From: Utricularia gibba
Taxonomy: Eukaryota > Plantae > Magnoliophyta
NCBI GenBank assembly: GCA_002189035.1
Contig: CM007992.1
Coordinates: 1,612,001 to 1,676,000 of the forward strand
Length of the DNA: 64,000 bases
Reading direction: 5' to 3'
Made by a program: the position numbers and the translations under genes. Under the pieces are notes generated by a model that saw only the letters and a list, made by a program, of their open reading frames with translations, did not search any database and was not told the DNA's origin. Within the stretch, counting starts at the first letter, position 1. Every line of letters starts with the position of its first letter. Below are positions 56,701 to 64,000 of the stretch, piece after piece.

Positions 56701-58579
56701 ACATGTATGCGAATTGTGGAAAGCTTCAGGCTGCACGATGCTTCTTTGAAAGGATGAGCGTTAGAAATCTAGTTTGCTGGAATGCATTACTGGGTGCATA
56801 TTCGATGCATGGGAAGGCCAAGGAAGCTATTGAAATCTTTATCCGGATGCAGAGATGTGGAGAGAAACCGGATTCGGTTAGCTACACCAGCCTCTTATCT
56901 GCATGTAGCCAAGGTGGCCTTATTGACGAAGGGTATCAGTACTTTGAATGCATGTCCAGAGATCATGGCATACAGCCTAGATTAGAGCATTATGCATGTA
57001 TAGTGAGCTTGCATGGTCGTGCAGGAAAGCTCGAAGAAGCTTGTTCTATGATCAAGAACATGCCTTTTGAGCCGGATGCTTGTGTGTGGGGAGCATTGTT
57101 AAGTTCCTGTGCCCTTCATATGAATATGCACTTGGGTGAGATTGCTGCAGCCAAGTTGTTTGAACTAGAACCTATGAATCCTGGTAACTATATTCTGCTT
57201 TCTAATATTTATGCTTCTAAAAGGAAATGGAAGGAAGTGAACAGGGTTAGAGATATGATGAATGCGAAGGGAATGAGGAAGAATCCTGGTTGCAGTTGGA
57301 TTGAGATAAAGAATAAACTTTATATGGTTTTGGCTGGTGACAAATCGCTTCCTGGATTGCCCCAAATACTAGAGAAATTAACCATATTCAACCAGGAAAT
57401 GAAGAAAGCTGGTTACGCTCCAAATACTGATCATGTGTTGCAAGATGTTGAGGAACAGGAAGAGAAGGAGTACATTTTATGTGGACACAGTGAGAAGTTG
57501 GCTGTTGTTTTTGGAATTCTGAATACTAGCCAAGGTTCTCCTCTTAGAGTTACAAAGAACCTAAGAATTTGTGGGGACTGCCATGCTGTAATCAAATTTA
57601 TATCTGGATTTGAGCACAGAGAAATATCTGTCAGAGACGCTAATCGCTATCATCACTTTAAAGAAGGTGTCTGCACTTGTGGGGATTATTGGTGACGGAT
57701 TTTTGGGTGTAATACCAGTCTGAAGTTTCGGTGATATTCACATCTATCTGTTCAGTCCTGTGTTAAGCTTCACTAGCATTTTGACCACTTACCCGATCAG
57801 GTCGGTCTTCGAAACCGCGCCAGACGTTCATGAGTTAAACCAATCAAACTGGCCTAAGCCAGTGCATTACCTAAGTTGTGGTGGGTAAAAGCGGCCCTGA
57901 ATTGATTGCACAGGTTTAACTGAGCATTTAGCTGCAGTATAACAAAATACAGTACTACTTAGAGCTTAGGTTTCACTTACTGTAATTATACTGGATGCCC
58001 CTTGACAGTTACCTTTTCAAACCATTTAGCATTTCTCTACCAACAAGCTACTGTTAAATATGACCTCTTCTCTTGTATCAGGTACAAAGTGCTCGAAATT
58101 CTAGCTGGTGGAGTTGTGCACTGGTAGAATGGAGGCTAGAAACTGGGCGCACTCATCAAGTAACCAACCTTGTTACCTACCTTCTTTACATAATTCATCA
58201 TGCAAGCGTAACTCCTGTTGCCTAGCTAGATCCGAGCCCATGCGAAGTACCTTGGCAACCCTCTCCTGGGAGATGATGTGTATGGGGGAACTAACAGCAT
58301 GGCACTGTCACTACTTCGGTCCAGAAACCCACGAACAGAGGATGAGAAATTCGTGCAGATTGTTGATTCGTTAGACAGACCATGTTTACATGCATTTGTT
58401 CTTGGGTATTGTGATAAAGGATTGCTCTTTCATCTCCATGTATGCTGCAAGCTCGATTACTAATCACTTGCATTGATTTCAGGTTCGAGCATCCGCACAC
58501 AGGGGAGAACCTCAACTTTTCTGTGAAGCCGCCCTCCGATTTCGAACGAGTTCTGGGTCAGCTTCGTGGCATTAGATGA
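53734..58579 (+). CDS. RluA/RluD-family RNA pseudouridine synthase, probably plastid-targeted, 7 exons, with a 1-nt frameshift in exon 5
   Basis: Exons 53734-54093, 54194-54337, 54592-54840, 54916-55118, 58082-58159, 58230-~58408 and ~58483-58579. S4 domain (RLDTWISSRIDGISRARVQ), VVNKPAH, VHRLDKGTSG, LETGRTHQ/IRAH, RPCLHA. Confidence 0.9.
55239..57695 (+). CDS. PLS-class PPR protein with E/E+/DYW domain, nested in intron 4 of the pseudouridine synthase
   Basis: Intronless ORF with PPR arrays (VVSWS, VSWNGMI, LEHYACIV), PGCSWIE, HSEKLA, KNLRICGDCH and terminal DYW. It resembles At1g20230 as I recall it. The ORF-track start at 55119 is the GT splice donor; first ATG is 55239. Confidence 0.95.
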   Translation: MSSMINSKASSHSNSLVQIVDCCEPNKSKVHNPYTLCGLTNEEPVTSVGHHSRLESGFVHNSEVNSRVGAQLSIYFDLLHRLSNSNASLCQIRQTHAILLRTGLLDICKCSNKLLSLYASQKHFSDAKSLLRSILHPDSHAFTTLITSFSKASDSESTIILFSEMLRIGLFPDAHVLPSVIRACAGMLVFEIGKQAHGFSVASGLFLDPFVESSLVHFYVRIGELSDAKKLFCNMVEKDVVSWSALAAAYARKGDIINAKGVFDAVECLGFEPNIVSWNGMIAGFNQSGCFQDAISMFQQMHSRGFPSDGTNISSVLPAIGNLGYLNLGTQIHGHVIKGGFAGDKCIVSALIYMYGKCGNASAMLLVFEDMDRIDVGVCNALIAGLAQHGLFDKALSTFEQLRHLGMENVVSWTSVIAGCSQHGRDIEALRLFREMQASGVKPNSVTIPCLLPACGNIAALMYGKAVHCFSLRSYLSDDVYVGSALIDMYANCGKLQAARCFFERMSVRNLVCWNALLGAYSMHGKAKEAIEIFIRMQRCGEKPDSVSYTSLLSACSQGGLIDEGYQYFECMSRDHGIQPRLEHYACIVSLHGRAGKLEEACSMIKNMPFEPDACVWGALLSSCALHMNMHLGEIAAAKLFELEPMNPGNYILLSNIYASKRKWKEVNRVRDMMNAKGMRKNPGCSWIEIKNKLYMVLAGDKSLPGLPQILEKLTIFNQEMKKAGYAPNTDHVLQDVEEQEEKEYILCGHSEKLAVVFGILNTSQGSPLRVTKNLRICGDCHAVIKFISGFEHREISVRDANRYHHFKEGVCTCGDYW

Positions 58580-58679
58580 AATTGAAAGTGCTTGCACTAA
58601 CCTTTGTTGTTACGCGATCCTCGATTTCTCTTTGAAGTGAGATGAGTTTGATGACAGAGTTAAGATTAGCAGCAAGAAG

Positions 58680-59135
58680 TCATTGACGCCTTCTTTCCTT
58701 GTCCAATTCCTGCTTCTGCTTCTCAACGAGCTTGTCGATGGCTGCTTGCACGGCATCTCTTCCGCCGATGAGCAGACGGGTGATGACTTCCGGGTCCTTT
58801 TCGAATCGGGCTTCCTCAAATTCCTTCCGGGCGTTCTCCCTCAGCACGTCGCGCCACAGGACGCCTCGTGAATCCGGCCAGGCGAAGAACCGCGTGGCCC
58901 GTATAATGTCTCGGTAGAGACTTAGGGCTTCGCGTCGGGTGCTGGTGAGCCGCCGCCGGGCCAGGAACTCATCCTCTTCGTCGGTGAGAATCTTCTTGGG
59001 TTCCTTCTGGAGATGCCTATCGAGAAGCTCTTCGATCGTGTCAGGCCCCTCGTGCAATAAACGGCGGCGCAAAGGGTCCCCCAGCCTCCCGGCCGCCAAA
59101 ACTCGCCGGAAGTCACAGATCTTCGCGACGATCAT
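58680..59135 (-). CDS. Complex-1 LYR-family protein
   Basis: RREALSLYRDIIRATRFF..LRENARKEFEEARFEKDPEVITRLLIGG. Confidence 0.9.
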   Translation of the reverse strand: MIVAKICDFRRVLAAGRLGDPLRRRLLHEGPDTIEELLDRHLQKEPKKILTDEEDEFLARRRLTSTRREALSLYRDIIRATRFFAWPDSRGVLWRDVLRENARKEFEEARFEKDPEVITRLLIGGRDAVQAAIDKLVEKQKQELDKERRRQ

Positions 59136-60137
59136 CTCTATAATCTCCGCATCGGTGTTGACATTTTTGGGATTGAGAATTCTGAGACGGCGTATGCAAG
59201 GCTGATGCTATGGGCCCTTTTACAGCCCAACTGAGCAAAACCAGAGATAGATGTCCAATTTAGAAATTCGTAATTAAAATTCCCCATTTAGGTGCCAGAA
59301 AGCTTTCCAAGTGTAAGAGTGAACTAAGAATTTTAATTACATATTATCGAGGGATTAGAAACCTTAGAATAATAATAAATAATCGAATATGGCTCATCAA
59401 TGTAGTGGTATTTAACTAATCATATTGATATTAGTAGAAAATAATATTGATTGAGAGAAAACTGTCTCAAGAGCACCATCATCTACAACACCCACATTCT
59501 ATCGCAACTCTATAAGAGATTTGAGGCAAATCTCAAGAACAATAGTAAAACTTCCACAAGAGAGATGACATATACATATAAAATATATTTGATACATGAA
59601 TGAATTATATAAAAAATAAGAGATAGTATATAACAAGATAATTTTATTTCAATCCTTCAACTTCCATTATTTTATCTCATGTATCAAACATTATGTTTTA
59701 TTTTTCTTATTTAATTATCTCTCTTTATATTTTCTATCAAACATAATCATAAAGATGAATACTCGTAGAAAAAAAAAGAAGGAAAATGAAGTTGGGCTAA
59801 TTGTGCTCGACCCAAACTTAATCAAATGAGCTTTCAGAAATACAAACTTATTCAGGTCCACATGAATAAGACAATTCCTAGATTCGAATTATCTTGTTTA
59901 AAATCTATTGGAGCAATTACTGGTGATATTAATGATTATAAATAAATAAACACAATGAAGAATTTCTTTTTATACACCATCGATATATATTTTACTTACT
60001 GTGCAATAAATACCTCAAGATATATATAAAACAATTCACATACATGCTCAAAAGTGATTTCATGTTGAATTTGAGGTGAACGAAAAATCATACCCATCAA
60101 CCTTTAAAAACTATTTACTTTGCTTCATTTTTGGATT

Positions 60138-60158
60138 ATTATTATTATTATTATTATA
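60138..60158. repeat. (TTA)n microsatellite
   Basis: Read directly from the sequence. Confidence 0.8.
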
Positions 60159-61789
60159 CTGTATGTAATTTTTTTTCTCTTTTAGCTTTGCAAATAGAGA
60201 ATGACATTTCGGTTTCAAATATATTTCCTCCTTTATTTGATGAAAAAAAAAAGTGACATATAGGTGCCTAAGATTGAGATTTAACTTCAACTACATGGGT
60301 TTTGGCAACAGATCCTAAATGTAATGGCATACTTAAAGAAATTTGAGCTTCTATTGATAACTATAGTCAATACCTAGTGTTGTATCACAATAAAACCTCC
60401 AAGGAAAGTTTCGTAGACACTGCAGGATTACTTTTGAAGAAAAATGAAATATAGAAATGAAAAATCTAACTATTTTGAAATCAAGTTTACATATTTTAAA
60501 ATTAGAAATGGAAAAGTAACCCCTAGCATTGAGCAGCCATAAAAAATCTTAGAAATTTGAATCAAAGATTATTGATGAAGGTGAGGAACAAAAATTTAAG
60601 GTTAGGCTTATTCATAAAACATCTATAGAATTTGATGCTATAATCAAGTCCCTAGGTGCCATCCATTTAGGGTTTATAGAAATCCTACTAAGTAATGAAT
60701 ATCTGCAATGTGAGGATCTGAAAATTATACTTCCATTACACATCAAACACATCCATTAAATGAAATCCATTTACAAATAACTAAAGCTAACTAATTCAAT
60801 ATCGGTTGACATATAGTGTTATAACACATTTTATGCAAAATGAGTGATGATAATAAACTAGAACAACCCATATAAAAAGGATAGTAATCGAGGGGATTCA
60901 AAAATTACAATAACAACAAATGAAAAAAACACTATTGTGCAAATAGGATTCTGTCATACTACCAAAAAATTTGCACTACCTACAACATGAAAATTAGACA
61001 AAATTCATAACCTACTTCTCAATTCAATTGCATGAACAAATTCGATACCAATCTATGATTGAGTGTCAATTTCATATGTATCTTTCAAAAACACAATCAC
61101 CTTCCTAAATTTTTTTATTTGAATTCATTTCCATTGAAACCAAAAATCGGTTTCAATGATAGATGAAAAACTTGAAATAAAATGAACATACCTTAGGAAA
61201 TCCCCAAATGACAATGAATCCGGTGGGGTCCTTTTCAAAAGAGAGTTATTCAAACAAAGGAATAATTTAGTCCCCAAAACAAATGATAGATGGATGGATC
61301 TCACAACACCCACCTACATGGGTATGGCTGTTGCCCATGGTTTACTAAATCAATGGGTTTTACAACATCTGTCAATCAAACTTGAATGCTGCTTTCATAA
61401 AATAACCAACAATTATTTACACTCACGAACTAAATACATTTTAAATATTTTACAAAACAAATGTAAATTAAAAAATGTATTTATCACATGGAATTTTCGT
61501 CTGGAGAGGTGATACAAAGGTATTAAATGTGACCTAAATAATTTGATCAACATTTTATAGTTTTATTGCTTTGGTAATATTATTATGACAACCCGCATCA
61601 CCAATCTTCTTTTCTTATGATTTTGTATTTAAAAATTGGAAATCAGCCTTTATGGTCTCCTCCCTCCATTCTCATCGATTAATTAATACCTTGCTTTTTG
61701 GGTTCTCCTATTTAACCTGCACCGCACCTCCCATCGTCTTCCCATCACTCTTCCTCTTCAGATCTCCGTCCGTGGCGCCATTGAAGTGG

Positions 61790-61886
61790 CCATTGTGATG
61801 TTGGCTCGGCTCACTCAGACGTGGCCTGTTTTCTGGTTTCTTGCTATCCATAGGTCTGATTGAGCCGTGCCAATATCGTAATGGTC
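61790..61886 (+). ncRNA. MIR171: MIR171 precursor hairpin
   Basis: Canonical miR171-3p TGATTGAGCCGTGCCAATATC at 61857-61877 and 5p arm TGTTGGCTCGGCTCACTCAGA at 61799-61819. Flanks ccattgtga / tcgtaatgg extend the stem. TATA-like tatttaa at ~61709. Confidence 0.96.
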
Positions 61887-62880
61887 TTCTTTACATAACG
61901 CAGAAATCCCTTGTGGTTCGTGGGAGCGAAGAAACCCCCACTGTAATACATTCGGTCATCTGCTGATAATCGAGCTTTCGTGCAATATATTTACCGACTG
62001 TAGAGACTCATGAGCTCCCTGCAACGTGGCGCAGATCCACCAATCCGCATGCGAAAGTGTCCAACCGAGTTTACTTGCGTTCAAGAATCCCTTCATTCTT
62101 TAAGCATGATTTGATGCTCCGTTCCTTACATTTTGTGCATGATTTCATTTGAAAAGTTAGCGCATTCTTATCTGCAGAAAGAATGCGTCTTATGGAGCAA
62201 AAGATGAAAAGCTCATGCACATTGTATTTTATTGGGTGGTCGTAGCCACACCACCGAAAAAGACGGATCCACCGGCAAAGATTTCCCCCGCGGTGAAAAA
62301 AAAGCTTTCTGGAAGTCGGGTCGTGACCATTTGCTGTAGAGTTAACCACAGAGCGTCATGGTGGATTGGGCTGCCTGTTTTTAATAGCATTCACTCATCC
62401 CACGGCTGTGCCTGTGTTTGTAATAATGATGGGCATGAGATTATGCAAGTGTTCCGGAACACTCAAAAGTTACGCACTGCAGCTGCATAGAGAGGTGTGG
62501 TGTGCATGCTGGAAGATTGAACTCGTGGTTGGTTGGGGGAGTAAATGGGAGGCAATAAATGTGAACAAAGGGAATCTCTGCAAATGTTGTTTGGAGGAGC
62601 TGCAGAGGGAGATGGAGGTGGATGCATTGAATTGCAACAGCAGACCAAGATTCCCTTCTCTTCATTCATTACCATTACCATTACCATTCATTGCCGGCTG
62701 CCTGCCTTTCTTCATCAACCACCACCACTTGAACTTCAATTCTTTCTCACTCACTCACTCACTCACTCTCCCACAAAACACACACATTAAATGTGCCACA
62801 TGCACGCAGACATGCCTCCATCTCCATTTGCATTTATCACTTCTGTTTCCCTGTCCACCCCGTACCTTGTAAAATGATTA

Positions 62881-62947
62881 ACCAGGAGTGGAGGAGCAGT
62901 TGAGCACTTTGTCCAATGCTCATAACCACTCCTCCCATTCCATTGGT
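62881..62947 (+). ncRNA. miR482/miR2118-like hairpin (candidate)
   Basis: 3' arm tcataaccactcctcccattcc carries the family core ACTCCTCCCATTCC and pairs with 5' arm ggagtggaggagcagttgagca, with bulges. Confidence 0.5.
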
Positions 62948-63393
62948 GCATGGACAGACAGTTTAGAGCGTGGATAAGTTGGGAATTCAAAGTGAATCAG
63001 CATCTGATTTTTTCATGGGAATCCGGACAACATTCAACTTGGGGATCTTACAGCTGGGAGGGCCGGCAGATGGATGGGCTGTTTGTAGTATTCAGGCTGC
63101 AGCTGACTTGTGGAGCCACAAACACATCCTAAGGAGGTTTATTATCGTGCAGCATGCAGAAGAAAACACACAAATGAGACAACACAGCAATGGTGAAGAA
63201 AGCTAGGAAGACCGCAAGATGTTTCTAGAGCAACCAACTCGCAGCAGCTCCAAGGATATGCTCGAAATCAATGTGATCACCATAAGGCGAAAAAGAAAAT
63301 ATTTGGCAGCCTAGCACTGAGGGTTTTCAACTGTGACAAATATGGAACAAGACAAAATATCAGTTGAGTAATGTGCATCAGCAAACCATTAAG

Positions 63394-64000
63394 TTAATAA
63401 AGACATCCACCACGCTCTATGGATCCCCTTTCGTCCTCAAGTCTCTCCGAAAGATCATGATGGAGCATTTCCACGAAATCCTGTTAAGTCACAGAAAGAG
63501 TGAAAGAGCGGCAAAAACATGCATATTTCCACCTTCATGTATGGGTCAGCAGAGCAGACGAACCTGAAATAGCTCTTGATTATTGCACAAGTCATTGATT
63601 CCTTCGTCGGAGATGCCGATGTTGGAAATATTTACGGCACGGGCGATCACGGAATGAAATAAGGCTTCAGTTGAGTTCTGGTTTTCACGGTTCTGAAGCG
63701 TCTGTTGGGTTCCAACCTGCAGGGTGTCAAAAATGTTCTAGAAATAAATATAACCATAATGCAGGCAAGGAATAATAGACAACTCTAAAAAAAAGGTGGA
63801 TTATCACTCATGCATCACCTCTTTTCTAGTTCTGCTTTCTGAGGGAAGTGGTACGGTGCTAGCACCACGAGAACCGGACGAAACCCCACCCAACGCCTGA
63901 GACACTATGGGCATCATCTGCTGCATCATTCTTGATAGATCAAACCCACCCCCAGCCCCCCCTTGAATTCCTGGGAACATGCTTCCAAGATCTTGGCTTT
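63394..64000 (-). CDS. C-terminal exons of a CIP73/BAG6-like ubiquitin-like-domain protein (5'-partial)
   Basis: Exons >64000-63819, 63716-63564 and 63480-63394 are in frame: GGFDLSRMMQQMMPIVSQALGG../..ALFHSVIARAV..DLCNNQELFQ/DFVEMLHHDLSERLEDE..*. Confidence 0.8.

Noticed and set aside
59136-59152. Upstream ATG extending the LYR protein
   Set aside because: Out of frame and followed by a stop after four codons.
62592-62612. miR528-like 20-mer
   Set aside because: Several mismatches and an indel, with no matching precursor context.
62366-62872. 168-aa ORF and overlapping ORFs
   Set aside because: Low-complexity simple repeats; better explained as a structured non-coding region.

Overview
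Flowering-plant nuclear DNA with three zones. (1) 1-14 kb, compact genes: 3' end of DEAD-box helicase RH28, polyprenol reductase, a solo Athila-type LTR, a dirigent protein, an MCA/CNR13 mechanosensitive channel and mitoribosomal mL59. (2) 14.5-35 kb, nested transposons: a hAT split by a Harbinger that is itself split by a MULE with TIRs and TSD, a decayed chromovirus pol, and a tandem Athila-like array with an apparent internal inversion. (3) 36-64 kb, dense genes: DUF677 pseudogene, two sarcosine/pipecolate oxidase copies, DsbA-like thioredoxin, CDPK, RING-CH ligase, a one-intron CAD, a plastid RluA/D pseudouridine synthase with a complete PPR-DYW ORF inside intron 4, a LYR protein, MIR171 plus a miR482/2118-like hairpin, and the 3' end of a CIP73/BAG6-like gene. 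Top lead: a phase-compatible splice acceptor at 55231 would fuse pseudouridine synthase exons 1-4 in frame to the PPR-DYW ORF. Family assignments come from motifs read by eye and recalled knowledge; no searches were run. Several 1-nt deletions may be assembly errors.
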